Assembly: GCA_016187035.1 (NCBI GenBank)
Contig: JACPKL010000010.1
Coordinates: 94,616 to 158,615, forward strand
DNA from: Candidatus Daviesbacteria bacterium
GTDB lineage: Bacteria; Patescibacteriota; Microgenomatia; Daviesbacterales; UBA10151
Direction: 5' to 3'
DNA: 64,000 nucleotides
Shown here: positions 18,678 through 28,835 of the stretch, in pieces
Layout of the letters: every line of letters begins with the position of its first letter
How positions within the stretch are numbered: position 1 is the first letter of the stretch
Position numbers and translations under genes: made by a program
The notes under the pieces: generated by a model
Databases searched by the model: none
What the model was told of the DNA's origin: nothing
Seen by the model: only the letters and a program-made list of their open reading frames with translations

Positions 18678-19352
18678 TCATTTAATTTCTTTTAAAAACT
18701 CCTCTGCCAGTTGGCCTGTGTTTGAGGCAGGAGAATAAAAGTTTTTCCAAACCACCACAATATCTGCATCATTAAAGATGGCTCTTTGCACCTCTCTGAT
18801 AGTATCTCCCCCAGCAATGGAGATCATGGTATTAAAACTACTTCTGATTTTATTAATCTGAAGATAAGGGATAGGTTTGTTTTTATCAAAAGCTTCCTCA
18901 TCAACACCTCTATGCAGTATTACAACATTAGGCATTTTTTTAAGTTTTCTGAAAACTTTAATCGGCTGTTCTACACCAATCATATCTACCATTGAATCCA
19001 AACCTAAATCCTCGCATGAAGAAATAAAGTAATTAATTGTTTCAATAGGGGCTGCTCCTAAAGCCGTAGCTGCGCTGGCTCTTCCACTTCGGGCAATCTC
19101 CACCTCTGTTTTACCCCTATCCATGCACTTGGTATCAGCCACAATATACACATCTGTCTCTGCTTGATATTGCCAAGCTTCTTTTAATCTCCTAATTCCG
19201 TCTACTCCATAGGCCTTAATCAGAGGAGTTCCAGCTTCAATAATAATCCTGTCTGAGGAGGGAAGTTGAGAAATGATTTCCTCCCCTTCTTCAGGTGTGC
19301 TATTCAAAGCAATTTGTAGATATTTCTTCTTTTTATCAAGTAAGGTAGGCAT
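18678..19352 (-). CDS. 3-hexulose-6-phosphate synthase-like (OMP decarboxylase superfamily)
   Basis: IIEAGTPLIKAYG and VADTKCMD motifs, as in HxlA/HPS. Confidence 0.6.
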   Translation of the reverse strand: MPTLLDKKKKYLQIALNSTPEEGEEIISQLPSSDRIIIEAGTPLIKAYGVDGIRRLKEAWQYQAETDVYIVADTKCMDRGKTEVEIARSGRASAATALGAAPIETINYFISSCEDLGLDSMVDMIGVEQPIKVFRKLKKMPNVVILHRGVDEEAFDKNKPIPYLQINKIRSSFNTMISIAGGDTIREVQRAIFNDADIVVVWKNFYSPASNTGQLAEEFLKEIK

Positions 19353-19354
19353 AA

Positions 19355-21349
19355 CTATTTCTTTTGAAAATTCTGCAGATTTTCTTTGGCAATTGTCAAA
19401 TCAGGATCAATTTCCAAAGCTTTCTTAAATTCCACAATAGCCTCTGCAATATTTCCTTGTAATGCTAAGGTGTAGCCGAGATTATTATGTGCCAAGGCAT
19501 GTTGTGGGTCAAGCTGTAATGCTGCCTTTTGCTGACTCACTGCCTCTTTTAACATCCCTTTTGCTCTATATGTTTCTCCTAAATTAATATAAATTGTCGC
19601 TTGTTTAGGATCATATTTGAGGGCGTTCTTAAAAGCTTCTTCTGCTAAAGCAAACTGCTTGGTATTATTGTAGTAAACTAAACCCAAGTTTTCATAAATC
19701 CGAGCTTTTTCCACTACACTATCTGAGATATTTAAAGCTTTTTGATATGTTCGTATAGCCTCCTGAAAACGGCCTTCTAAAGTATACAATGTGGCTAGAT
19801 AATCCAATACATTTGCCTCTTTTGGATTAGCCTGTGCCACTCTTTCTAATCTCTCGATAGCTTCTTTCTCATCACCCTGTAAATATCTAATTTCTGAACT
19901 TAATATATAAGCATCCATACTTTTTGGATCTTTGTCCAAACTTTTGCCTATCGCAGTTCTTGCTTCTGGTAATTGATTTAGTTCTTTATGAGCTAGGGCC
20001 GCAAAATAATGAACATAAGATTTATCAATATCTTGTCGTTTGGCTTTTTGATAAGATTCAACAGCTTTTTGGTAATCACCATTTAGGGTATAAAGCCTAA
20101 CCAAGTAACCGTATACTAAACCGTATTTTGGATCTATTTTTAAAGCTTTGTGGCAATAACCTATCGCTTTTTCTATATCTTGTTTATTATAGTATCCCCA
20201 ACAGAGACTGGCATGAATTACTGGGATGTTTTCATTAATCTGAGCAGCTTTGTGATACATCTCAATAGCCTGATCAACTTTTTCTTGATCTATAAAATAA
20301 TGGCCATAAGTTGTATATGCAGGTAAGAATTTATCATCCTTTTTAAGCGCTTTTTGAATATAATTTAGAGCTTGATCAAATTTCTTTTGATCAAGGTAAT
20401 ATTGAGCATAAGCAATCCGAATAGAGGTATCTAAATTATTTAGTTTTATATAACTTGGAAAGTTATGTTGTAGTTGTTCATAGTAAGGAACAATTTTTAG
20501 TGTTTCTTTCAAAGGTATTTTTTGATTAAAGATACTTTCCTTTATAAAGAAGATACTATTAAACCGAGTAACAAGAAATGACTTGGCAAATATAATCACT
20601 CCAATAATAAAAATTATTGAGAATACCCGCCAAAAGGATGTTCCTAACCAGGTGGTCAGTACTGTAGGGGTAGTTGGTTGTGGCTTTTGTCCATTTCTAA
20701 TTTGATCTTTCTGATTAGACAATATTTCAATTTGTTTTAGGTATACTTCTTCAGCTTTTAATACAGCTGATATATGTTCCAAAGGATAATTTTTACCTTT
20801 TTCCTTAGCTTTGCTAGCAATAAAAACCCTCAGATCCTGTTCATCAATCTCGATAGGTTGTTTTGTCTTTATCTCGCCAACATTTTTAACTAAACCAATT
20901 TTTTGTTGATACTCAAATTCCAGATCTAAAATGAGATTGATATCATCTTTTTTAAGAGTAGACTGGAGATTGAGTGGAAGATGTTGATATGTAACTGAAG
21001 CTACCTGATCTGGATCATAAATTGGCAGGCGAGATTTAAGGAGTCTTTCATATAAAAAACTAAGCGGGATAGCGATTATGACTAAACTTATAAACAGTCC
21101 GACAATAACAGATCTGTTATAACCCCAGTCGGTAGCTATCTGAAAGGAAAGACTGCCTATAAGAGCAAAAATAATAAAATACATCAAACCCCAAACGACC
21201 GCCCAAACTCCTTCTTTTAAAGAGGCATCTGCAGAATATAGCCTTCTTTTAAAAACTCCAATTAAATTCTGAAAAGCAATCACCCATATTAATAGCGTCC
21301 CTAAAGCAAATAGAATCAATCTACCATTTATATCGACTAAGCCAGTCAT
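19355..21349 (-). CDS. TPR-repeat membrane protein
   Basis: N-terminal TM helices followed by more than 10 TPR-like repeats. Confidence 0.6.
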   Translation of the reverse strand: MTGLVDINGRLILFALGTLLIWVIAFQNLIGVFKRRLYSADASLKEGVWAVVWGLMYFIIFALIGSLSFQIATDWGYNRSVIVGLFISLVIIAIPLSFLYERLLKSRLPIYDPDQVASVTYQHLPLNLQSTLKKDDINLILDLEFEYQQKIGLVKNVGEIKTKQPIEIDEQDLRVFIASKAKEKGKNYPLEHISAVLKAEEVYLKQIEILSNQKDQIRNGQKPQPTTPTVLTTWLGTSFWRVFSIIFIIGVIIFAKSFLVTRFNSIFFIKESIFNQKIPLKETLKIVPYYEQLQHNFPSYIKLNNLDTSIRIAYAQYYLDQKKFDQALNYIQKALKKDDKFLPAYTTYGHYFIDQEKVDQAIEMYHKAAQINENIPVIHASLCWGYYNKQDIEKAIGYCHKALKIDPKYGLVYGYLVRLYTLNGDYQKAVESYQKAKRQDIDKSYVHYFAALAHKELNQLPEARTAIGKSLDKDPKSMDAYILSSEIRYLQGDEKEAIERLERVAQANPKEANVLDYLATLYTLEGRFQEAIRTYQKALNISDSVVEKARIYENLGLVYYNNTKQFALAEEAFKNALKYDPKQATIYINLGETYRAKGMLKEAVSQQKAALQLDPQHALAHNNLGYTLALQGNIAEAIVEFKKALEIDPDLTIAKENLQNFQKK

Positions 21350-23286
21350 AAATATTGGTTTGTTTCTTCTTTGGAAAAAAAGGGCAGAATAGTTAAAAAT
21401 CCTGCTGACATGAAGCTGACTATAGAGATACTACCAAAGACTAAAAGCACCATATTGGCATATTTGCCTTTGATAAAGCTGACCAGTCCTTCCAGACTCT
21501 CCCCTTTATCAATAGCTTGTTCAGATACACTAATCAATTCTTTAACAGTGGGGTGACTGGGACTTTGAGACTCCACTTTCTTAAAATATTTCAAAGCAGA
21601 GCGATAATATTGACTTCTATACTCAGTTAGACCTTTCCTCCAATCAGTGCTCAGACTACCCAGCTTATTTTCTATCTTGTTTTTAGCCATTAAATCTTTA
21701 AGTTCTGCCACATCTCTTAAAAAATTAAAATTGCCGCTTTTACTCTCAGCCATAAATGTAGCTATTCCGATTACTTGACCTGTTGAGTTAAAGCCAGGTC
21801 CACCACTATTACCGTGGTCTATTGACGCATCTGTTTGTAAAACTGTTTTACCTGTTAAATCCTTTTTAACAGCACTGATAATGCCTCTGGTGATAGTAGG
21901 TTTGGTGGAGGTTTGATAACTGATTGCTGCCTTGGGATCTTGTTCACCCTCTACCAAAGTAGGATAGCCTGCTACCACTACCTCTGAGCCTTCTCTTAAA
22001 CCTTCTATACTGCCTAACTTAAGCGCAGGAAAAGGATTTGCAGCAGTTTTAATCCGCAGTAAGGCTACATCCGCTCCTTTGCGGTAGTTTTTATTAACAA
22101 CAGCTTCATATGAGTATATATTAGGATAATTGAAGTCTATCAGGCTTGCAACATAGGTAGTTGAGGAAGGTATCACAGCTTTAGTATAATCTCCTTCAGA
22201 CATTTTTTGAGAATCAATTTGGACAGGTTCATTTCCTACATTCACAAAGTATTTTTCCTGATTTGTGACCACAGATAATTTCTTTTTACCAATCAGGTCA
22301 AAAATTTCTGTTAAAAATCTGTCCAAATATTGCGGATTCATGCTTAAATCCCGGTGAATTTGCTCAATCTGAGCTGAAGTAGGGGTTTGTCCTTTGGATA
22401 AGTAAATACCTCTGATCAGATCTGTACTGAAATCTCTGCTACCAGCCTGCAGTAGATTGGTAACTAAACTTTCCTCAGGATAAATCCTCGCCACATGACC
22501 ATTGGTAGCCACTACTCCTTGCTCATTAATAATAAAACCAGAACCTTTAGTAAGAGAGCAAAAATTATATTTTGGCTTTGACAACACTGATGAGGCAGGC
22601 TCCAGATTCACTATATCCAGACAATAAACATAAACAATATTGACAATTGAAGGCCTGACCAGATCAACTAATTCCACTGTGCTTAAATTGTCTTGCGAAC
22701 TGGCTATTCCCTTAACTTTTGGTGTAAAAGAGAGGCTTGATAATAAATTATCTAAAAAAGCATTGCTATCACCTATATTCGGAGCTCTTTTTTCCAAAAT
22801 TAAAAATTTACTGCCATCTTTGACAATCTGTTTATAAAAATAAATATCCTTCCCCAAAACTTCCTCTTTATAAGTCAAGAGCTGGGCTGATTTGCCCTGA
22901 AACTGAGAAACTTCAGCCTTAACTGGAGTCGATCCTTTCATAATCTCCTGAGTCAAACCATCAAGATCCTGATCACTCTCACCTTCAACAATATCCAGCC
23001 TGGCAAAACCATACTCCTGATTTAAATCAAACCTAACCCTATTACCTAAGTGTTGGGACACCCAAAGTCTGTTATCATAAGAAAGGCTGTACAAACCTCT
23101 AGAAGAGGTGAATTCCCTAATATTTCCAGGAGTTGGTGATGGACGGGAAGATGCTGCTTTGGAAAAATAAGTCTGGGGACGCTGTACCAAAATCATCCCA
23201 TCTATCACTGCACTCAATATCCCAATTGACAGAAAGAAAGATATCAAAATTTTCCGATTTTCTTTTATAAAAAATATCACTATCAA
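21346..23286 (-). CDS. membrane-anchored trypsin-like serine protease (S1C/HtrA-like catalytic domain)
   Basis: GNSGGP active-site motif, a catalytic His context (ATNGHV), and N- and C-terminal TM segments. Confidence 0.65.
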   Translation of the reverse strand: MIVIFFIKENRKILISFFLSIGILSAVIDGMILVQRPQTYFSKAASSRPSPTPGNIREFTSSRGLYSLSYDNRLWVSQHLGNRVRFDLNQEYGFARLDIVEGESDQDLDGLTQEIMKGSTPVKAEVSQFQGKSAQLLTYKEEVLGKDIYFYKQIVKDGSKFLILEKRAPNIGDSNAFLDNLLSSLSFTPKVKGIASSQDNLSTVELVDLVRPSIVNIVYVYCLDIVNLEPASSVLSKPKYNFCSLTKGSGFIINEQGVVATNGHVARIYPEESLVTNLLQAGSRDFSTDLIRGIYLSKGQTPTSAQIEQIHRDLSMNPQYLDRFLTEIFDLIGKKKLSVVTNQEKYFVNVGNEPVQIDSQKMSEGDYTKAVIPSSTTYVASLIDFNYPNIYSYEAVVNKNYRKGADVALLRIKTAANPFPALKLGSIEGLREGSEVVVAGYPTLVEGEQDPKAAISYQTSTKPTITRGIISAVKKDLTGKTVLQTDASIDHGNSGGPGFNSTGQVIGIATFMAESKSGNFNFLRDVAELKDLMAKNKIENKLGSLSTDWRKGLTEYRSQYYRSALKYFKKVESQSPSHPTVKELISVSEQAIDKGESLEGLVSFIKGKYANMVLLVFGSISIVSFMSAGFLTILPFFSKEETNQYL

Positions 23287-23304
23287 TAGTTTATCACAGA
23301 AGAT

Positions 23305-24219
23305 TTAAAACCAGCTCTTTTTCTTTGAAGATAAATTATATAACTCTTCATAAAGCTGTTTTTCTTGTTTGGATGGGTTTTTAGGAATCTGTAGGTTCAC
23401 TCTGACATAATGATCCCCCTGCCCTGAAGATCCCAAGCGTGCTATACCCTTACCTTTAAGCTTAACCAAAGAACCAGGCTGGGTACCTGGAGGCACTTTA
23501 ACTTTAACCTTGCCAGAAACAGTCTCTACTTCAAACACATCCCCTAAAACCAGCTGGGGAATGTTAACAGTAATTTCTGAAAAGACATCTGCTCCTTCTC
23601 TTAAAAACTGGGGATGGCGGCTAACTTGAAAAATAATATCCAGATCACCAAATCTCATCTTAGTACCGTTATCAACACCGGCTGGAACTTTAATCTTCAT
23701 TCTCTGCCGTGTTAATCTGCCTTGCTGATTTCTTTCTTCTATTTCAATCTCTTTTGTTACCCCATTTGCAGCCTCATTAAAGGTGATGTTTAACTGGTAA
23801 GTCGGACGTCTTCTAAAGGTTTGGCCGAAAGGGGAGCCTCCTCCAAAAATTTGTTCAAATAAATCAAACGGGTCTTCAAAACCTCCAAAATCAAACTGGA
23901 CATTAGGCCCGCCCTGAGCGGAGCCGAAGGGATTTCCTCCTGTATTTGACCAGGAGTATGTGCTAAAACCACCTTGATTACCAAAACCTCCAAAAGGAGT
24001 AGGACCAGCATGGCCAAATTGATCGTAGGATTTTCTCTTTTGAGCATCTGACAAAACCTGGTAAGCTTCAGAGATTTCTTTAAATTTCTCGGAAGCATCA
24101 GCAGTTTTATCTACATCAGGATGATGTTTTCTGGCAAGTCTTCTGTATGCAGACTTAATTTCGCTATCTGAGGCAGATTTGCCAATACCCAAAACCTCGT
24201 AGTAATCTCGTTTTGCCAT
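23305..24219 (-). CDS. dnaJ: DnaJ-class co-chaperone lacking the Zn-finger (CbpA-like)
   Basis: J-domain with HPD, a G/F region and C-terminal domains, and no CxxCxGxG repeats. Confidence 0.8.
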   Translation of the reverse strand: MAKRDYYEVLGIGKSASDSEIKSAYRRLARKHHPDVDKTADASEKFKEISEAYQVLSDAQKRKSYDQFGHAGPTPFGGFGNQGGFSTYSWSNTGGNPFGSAQGGPNVQFDFGGFEDPFDLFEQIFGGGSPFGQTFRRRPTYQLNITFNEAANGVTKEIEIEERNQQGRLTRQRMKIKVPAGVDNGTKMRFGDLDIIFQVSRHPQFLREGADVFSEITVNIPQLVLGDVFEVETVSGKVKVKVPPGTQPGSLVKLKGKGIARLGSSGQGDHYVRVNLQIPKNPSKQEKQLYEELYNLSSKKKSWF

Positions 24220-24225
24220 ATTTTC

Positions 24226-24259
24226 TTTGTCATCCCCAACTTGATTGGGGATCCATATA
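24226..24259 (-). repeat. palindromic repeat copy 1 immediately 5' of the dnaJ start codon
   Basis: tttgtcatccccaacttgattggggatccatata, forming the hairpin atcccca/tggggat. Confidence 0.6.
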
Positions 24260-24261
24260 GA

Positions 24262-24816
24262 TTATTGCTTAATAGCTTTTAAAACTATATGAATTCTACC
24301 TTGTGCAACTATTGTACTGTTTCCGAAATATTTCTGAAATATTCTCTCAATGACTGGTTTAATATGATTTTGTACCACTAAATAAACTTCACCATTTTCT
24401 TTTAAGTGTCTATGGCATTCGCTAACCAGCTCTTCTAAAAATTCATTTCCCATGTCTTGAGGAGGATTACAATAAATTTGATGATAAGTTCGCTCTTGAA
24501 CGGATGAAAAAAGGTCACTTAAATAAACTTCAACGTTTTTAAAATTATTTGAAGTTGCATTCTCTTTTGCCAATTCTATAACTCTTAAACTATCATCCAA
24601 TAAATGAACATGACCTTTTGGATTTAATTTCGCAGCTACAAAACCAATTACCCCAGTACCGCAACCTAAATCTACCACTAAACTACCGTTGGGAATCTCC
24701 AAGTTATCTATCAAGAGTTTGGTTCCTAAATCCAAGCCCTTCTCAGAAAACACTCCTGGTCTAGTTTTAAATTTGATTTCAAACCCCCTTATATATTCGG
24801 TAATTATGTTATTCAT
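24262..24816 (-). CDS. class I SAM-dependent methyltransferase (small MTS domain; RsmC/PrmA-like)
   Basis: VVDLGCGTGVIG motif, 184 aa. Confidence 0.7.
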   Translation of the reverse strand: MNNIITEYIRGFEIKFKTRPGVFSEKGLDLGTKLLIDNLEIPNGSLVVDLGCGTGVIGFVAAKLNPKGHVHLLDDSLRVIELAKENATSNNFKNVEVYLSDLFSSVQERTYHQIYCNPPQDMGNEFLEELVSECHRHLKENGEVYLVVQNHIKPVIERIFQKYFGNSTIVAQGRIHIVLKAIKQ

Positions 24817-24824
24817 AAATCTCT

Positions 24825-24858
24825 TTTGTCATCCCCAATCTAATCGGGATCCATATTA
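24825..24858 (-). repeat. palindromic repeat copy 2 immediately 5' of the methyltransferase start codon
   Basis: tttgtcatccccaatctaatcgggatccatatta, nearly identical to copy 1. Confidence 0.6.
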
Positions 24859-25140
24859 TACGATTTTTGAATATAAATCTTTCCATTTTGGATTATTTTT
24901 TTCTATTAGTTCTATTTTCCATTGTCTATTCCATTGCTTGAGTCTTTTCTCTCTTAATATTGCTTGATTACTATCTTCATAAAGTTCAAAGTAAACCAAA
25001 TTATGGATCTGGTATTTACTTGTAAAACCCTCTACTAAATCATTTTTATGTTCGTAAATTCGTCTTATTAAATTATCAGTTACCCCAATATATAGTGTTC
25101 CATTTCTTCTACTTGCGAGTATATAAACGAAGTATTGCAT
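24856..25140 (-). CDS. GIY-YIG nuclease-family protein (UPF0213-like)
   Basis: YFVYILASRRNGTLYIGVTDNLIRRIYEH GIY-YIG core, 94 aa. Confidence 0.8.
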   Translation of the reverse strand: MQYFVYILASRRNGTLYIGVTDNLIRRIYEHKNDLVEGFTSKYQIHNLVYFELYEDSNQAILREKRLKQWNRQWKIELIEKNNPKWKDLYSKIV

Positions 25141-25145
25141 TTATA

Positions 25146-25172
25146 GATTCCCGCTTTCGCGGGAATGACAAA
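25146..25172 (-). repeat. related minimal hairpin (gtcattcccgcgaaagcgggaatc on the minus strand) between the dnaK stop and the GIY-YIG start
   Basis: Perfect GC-rich hairpin with the same GTCAT...GGGAAT-type termini. Confidence 0.5.
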
Positions 25173-25178
25173 TTGGAG

Positions 25179-27098
25179 TTATTCTTTTTTGTCTTCTTCT
25201 ACCACTTCACCTTCCACAGCCTCCTCAGTTTTGGGAGCTGCTTCCTCTTTGGGTTGCTCATCTGTTGGTTGTTCTGCTCCTGGCTGAGGTCCAGGCTGTC
25301 CACTTGGCTGTTGATACATAGCAGCTCCTACTTTTTGGGCTGACTCAGCCAAAGCGTCTGCTTTGGTTTTAATATCCTCTGTTGAACCAGATTTTAGGGC
25401 TTCTTTCAGCTCATTTATTTTTTGCTCAACTTCAGTCCTGACTTCAGCCGATACTTTATCCGAAGCATCCTTTAAAGTCCGCTCAGTTGAATAAACCAGG
25501 CTGTCAGCAGTGTTTTTTACCTCAATTCCCTCTTTTCTCTTTTTATCCTCCTCAGCATGAGCTTCTGCTTCCTTTGTCATTTTCTCTACTTCATCTTTGG
25601 ACAAACCTGTGGAACCGGTAATAGTAATTTTTTGTTCTTTGTTGGTAGCTTTATCTTTGGCTGAAACATTTAAAATGCCATTAGCGTCAATATCAAAGGT
25701 AACTTCAACTTGTGGCACACCCCTGGGAGCAGGAGGAATTCCGTCCAAAACAAACCTGCCTAAAGATTTATTATCAGCTGCCATCTCCCTTTCACCTTGT
25801 AATACATTAATTTCTACAGCCGGCTGGTTATCTGCAGCTGTTGAAAATACCTCAGATTTTGAAGTAGGAATAGTAGTATTTCTTGGGATTAATGGCGTCC
25901 TTACTCCACCTAAGGTTTCTATACCTAAAGTCAGGGGAGTCACATCTAAAAGCAGCACGTCTTTAACTTCTCCTCCCAACACTCCACCCTGGATAGCAGC
26001 TCCCACAGCTACCACTTCATCGGGGTTAATCCCTTTGTGCGGTTCTTTGCCAAAAAAGTCTTGGACCGACCTTTGACAGAGGGGCATCCTGGTCATTCCA
26101 CCCACCAGCACTACTTCATCAACATCTTTTGCTTCTATCTTGGCATCTTTTAAGGCAGCTTTAACAGCATCAAAGGTCTTGTCAATTAAAGGTTTAACCA
26201 TAGCTTCAAGTTTTGCTCTTGACAGCTTCATCTCCAAATGCTTGGGGCCAGAGGCATCAGCTGTGATAAAGGGAATGGAGATTGCTGCCTCCTGGGTTGA
26301 GGACAATTCAATTTTCGCTTTTTCTGCAGCATCCCTTAACCTTTGCAAAGCCTGTCTGTCGCCTTTAAGATCAATTCCCTGCTCTTTTTTAAATTCTTCT
26401 GCTAACCAGTCCAAAATCACCTGGTCAAAATCATCTCCACCCAAATGAGTATCACCATTAGTTGATTTAACCTCAAATACACCGTCTCCCAACTCAAGGA
26501 TGGAGATATCAAAAGTTCCGCCACCTAAATCATAAACAGCAATGGTATGTGCGTGAGCTTTATCCAAACCATAAGCCAAAGCAGCAGCAGTCGGCTCATT
26601 AATAATCCTTTGAACATTTAACCCGGCTATTTCACCAGCTTGTTTGGTGGCTTGCCTTTGGGCGTCATCAAAATAGGCCGGAACTGTGATAACTGCATCT
26701 GTCACTTTCTCACCCAAATAGCCTTCAGCATCTGCTTTAATCTTTTGTAAAATCTGGGCAGAAATTTCCTGGGGGGTATACTCATGGCCTTCTACTTCCA
26801 CAACAGCCATACCTTCCCTGCCTTCTTTGATAGTGTAAGGAAGCCATTTAATATCTCTTTGCACTTCAGGATCTTTAAACTTTCTGCCCATTAACCTCTT
26901 GATAGAAAAGATGGTTTCTTTAGGGTTTACTACAGCCTGTCTTTTGGCTACCCTGCCAACAATGTTTTTAATAGGATTAACAACAGAAGGGATAATATTT
27001 TCCCCCTCAGCACTATGAATAACTTTGGGCTTACCACCTTCCATTACAGCCACGGCAGAATTGGTTGTTCCTAAATCAATGCCTACAATTTTGCTCAT
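25179..27098 (-). CDS. dnaK: chaperone DnaK (Hsp70)
   Basis: [18 protein letters not shown] and related motifs. A canonical AAGGAGG Shine-Dalgarno lies upstream. Its start overlaps the grpE stop. Confidence 0.95.
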   Translation of the reverse strand: MSKIVGIDLGTTNSAVAVMEGGKPKVIHSAEGENIIPSVVNPIKNIVGRVAKRQAVVNPKETIFSIKRLMGRKFKDPEVQRDIKWLPYTIKEGREGMAVVEVEGHEYTPQEISAQILQKIKADAEGYLGEKVTDAVITVPAYFDDAQRQATKQAGEIAGLNVQRIINEPTAAALAYGLDKAHAHTIAVYDLGGGTFDISILELGDGVFEVKSTNGDTHLGGDDFDQVILDWLAEEFKKEQGIDLKGDRQALQRLRDAAEKAKIELSSTQEAAISIPFITADASGPKHLEMKLSRAKLEAMVKPLIDKTFDAVKAALKDAKIEAKDVDEVVLVGGMTRMPLCQRSVQDFFGKEPHKGINPDEVVAVGAAIQGGVLGGEVKDVLLLDVTPLTLGIETLGGVRTPLIPRNTTIPTSKSEVFSTAADNQPAVEINVLQGEREMAADNKSLGRFVLDGIPPAPRGVPQVEVTFDIDANGILNVSAKDKATNKEQKITITGSTGLSKDEVEKMTKEAEAHAEEDKKRKEGIEVKNTADSLVYSTERTLKDASDKVSAEVRTEVEQKINELKEALKSGSTEDIKTKADALAESAQKVGAAMYQQPSGQPGPQPGAEQPTDEQPKEEAAPKTEEAVEGEVVEEDKKE

Positions 27099-27649
27099 AT
27101 TGCCTCCTTAATAGATCCTTCGGCTCGTCCGCCTTCGGCGAGACTTCGCTCAGGATGATCGTTTGACTTTCGTCCCACGATCACCTGAGCAGGCCTAATT
27201 ACCTTATCATTTAAAGTATAACCTTTTCTGACTACTTTTAATATTTTATTATCATCCCCCTCTGCTGTGTCAACTGCTTCATGAAGGGCAGGATCAAATA
27301 CTCCGTCTGCAGGTATCTGATCCAACCCCTCCTGAGCTAATACCTGATTAAACTCTTTTACTGCCAGCTCTACCCCCTTAAACCACCCATTCAACTCGCT
27401 TCGCTCGCTCAGGGCGGGACCGCTCTGCTTATCTTGCTCTGATATCCCTGTTAAAGCTTGCTCCAAATGATCTAGAACAGGCAGCAATCTTTTAACCAAT
27501 TCCGCTCCCACAAAACTAGTTAATTCAGATCTACCCTGACTAACCCTTGATTCCAAATTCCTGTAATCAGCCACTGCTCTTTTCAACTGAGAATCTAACT
27601 CAGCAATTTTTTGTTCTAATTCTTTAACTTTGTCTTGTTTTTTTGCCAT
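27095..27649 (-). CDS. grpE: nucleotide exchange factor GrpE with GC-rich insertion-like patches
   Basis: GrpE coiled-coil and beta-domain. GC-rich segments at 27110-27190 and 27396-27432. Confidence 0.85.
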   Translation of the reverse strand: MAKKQDKVKELEQKIAELDSQLKRAVADYRNLESRVSQGRSELTSFVGAELVKRLLPVLDHLEQALTGISEQDKQSGPALSERSELNGWFKGVELAVKEFNQVLAQEGLDQIPADGVFDPALHEAVDTAEGDDNKILKVVRKGYTLNDKVIRPAQVIVGRKSNDHPERSLAEGGRAEGSIKEAI

Positions 27650-27650
27650 A

Positions 27651-28382
27651 TTAACTCCTTAACATTACCTCAGTCACCAAATCCCTGATATATTTAACAT
27701 AAGGCAAAACCAAAGCAAAATTCATCCTGGCAGGACCAACTACTCCTAATACACCAGATTTATCAGCAAGTCCAGAATATCTAGTAAACACAAATCCTGT
27801 TGGCTTCAAGTTCTCAAATTCCATATCCTCTCCAAACAAAATATGGATTGGATCGCTGCCTGTAGCCCGACCGATAATCTCTTGTAACCTTGGGTTCTCA
27901 TCAAATAAACCTAACACAAAACGAGTCACATCAATATCGTAAAACTCAGGCCAATCCAAAATATTGGCTGCTCCTGCCCAGTAGAGTTGACTCTCGTCAT
28001 CTATGGCCAACCCTAGCATATCACACTTTTGCGCTAGAGTAGAGACTGCTTCCTTCAGTAATCTTTCTCTTTTATACCTTTCCTGCCATAGCTTTTCTTT
28101 AATAGAGACCTCAGCTGTGATAGGTAAAGTCTTTTCCTTCATCAGCTCAGCAACATATAATCTAAAACCCATGGAGGTTGGTATCCTGCCTGCGCTGGTA
28201 TGCGGTTGTCTTAAAAACCCTGCCTCAGTTAATTTCACCATCTCAATCCTGATGGTAGCAGGGGAGACTCCCAAATCATACTTCCTTTCAATTATCTCAG
28301 AACCAACAGGTTCTGCACCCTCAATATATTCTTCAACAATTGCTTTTAAAAGCGCTTTTTGTCTGTCAGTCAAATCTGTCAT
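27651..28382 (-). CDS. hrcA: heat-inducible transcription repressor HrcA
   Basis: N-terminal winged HTH (RQKALLKAIVEEYIEGAEPVGSE), 243 aa. Confidence 0.8.
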   Translation of the reverse strand: MTDLTDRQKALLKAIVEEYIEGAEPVGSEIIERKYDLGVSPATIRIEMVKLTEAGFLRQPHTSAGRIPTSMGFRLYVAELMKEKTLPITAEVSIKEKLWQERYKRERLLKEAVSTLAQKCDMLGLAIDDESQLYWAGAANILDWPEFYDIDVTRFVLGLFDENPRLQEIIGRATGSDPIHILFGEDMEFENLKPTGFVFTRYSGLADKSGVLGVVGPARMNFALVLPYVKYIRDLVTEVMLRS

Positions 28383-28385
28383 AGA

Positions 28386-28412
28386 TTAGCACTAATCTAT
28401 CATGACTGCTAA
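28386..28412. promoter_or_regulatory. CIRCE-like operator (TTAGCACTA-N9-GACTGCTAA) overlapping a TTGACA-N17-TAGATT promoter for hrcA
   Basis: Matches 16 of 18 arm positions of the CIRCE consensus TTAGCACTC-N9-GAGTGCTAA, 4 bp upstream of the hrcA ATG. Confidence 0.65.
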
Positions 28413-28452
28413 TATCTGTCAATACTTCAATTTTATTCAGTATTAACCTATT

Positions 28453-28674
28453 ATGAGTGCAATTGATATGACTCACATTTATGGTAATAAAGCTTATAAA
28501 GGTAAGTGGGTGGCTATGAAAAAGTATGAGCCTAATCCAAAGGTTATAGCCTCAGCTGAGACACTTGATGAGGTGCTTAAGAAAGCAAAGGAAAAGGGTT
28601 ATGATCTGCCTTGGATAACCCGTATTCCAGAAAAAATCCTTCCTATGGTTGGTCCATATACCTCGATTAAATGA
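28453..28674 (+). CDS. small conserved hypothetical protein (paralog of 32467..32754)
   Basis: The VIASAETLDEVLKKAKEKGYDLP block is shared with the second paralog (VVAASRNLKKAFKEAEEKGYQNP). Confidence 0.4.
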   Translation: MSAIDMTHIYGNKAYKGKWVAMKKYEPNPKVIASAETLDEVLKKAKEKGYDLPWITRIPEKILPMVGPYTSIK

Positions 28675-28745
28675 CTTTTACTTATCAGGATATTAGTCCT
28701 CAAATTATTAGACCAATCATTCCACCTGAAATATGTGTACCAATT

Positions 28746-28797
28746 TACTGTACGATCGTACAGTAAAATGGTATGGACATACATATATACGATCGTA
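28746..28797. repeat. two TACGATCGTA-core palindromes (tactgtacgatcgtacagta; catacatatatacgatcgtatcaatgtatg)
   Basis: Perfect 20-bp palindrome at 28746-28765 and a second copy at 28788-28797 inside a larger inverted repeat. Confidence 0.6.
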
Positions 28798-28835
28798 TCA
28801 ATGTATGGGATAGATTTCTGTGTTATGATTAATTT

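Noticed and set aside
23790-24098. 102-aa ORF in an alternative frame of dnaJ
   Set aside because: Same-strand overlapping frame within the well-supported dnaJ gene.
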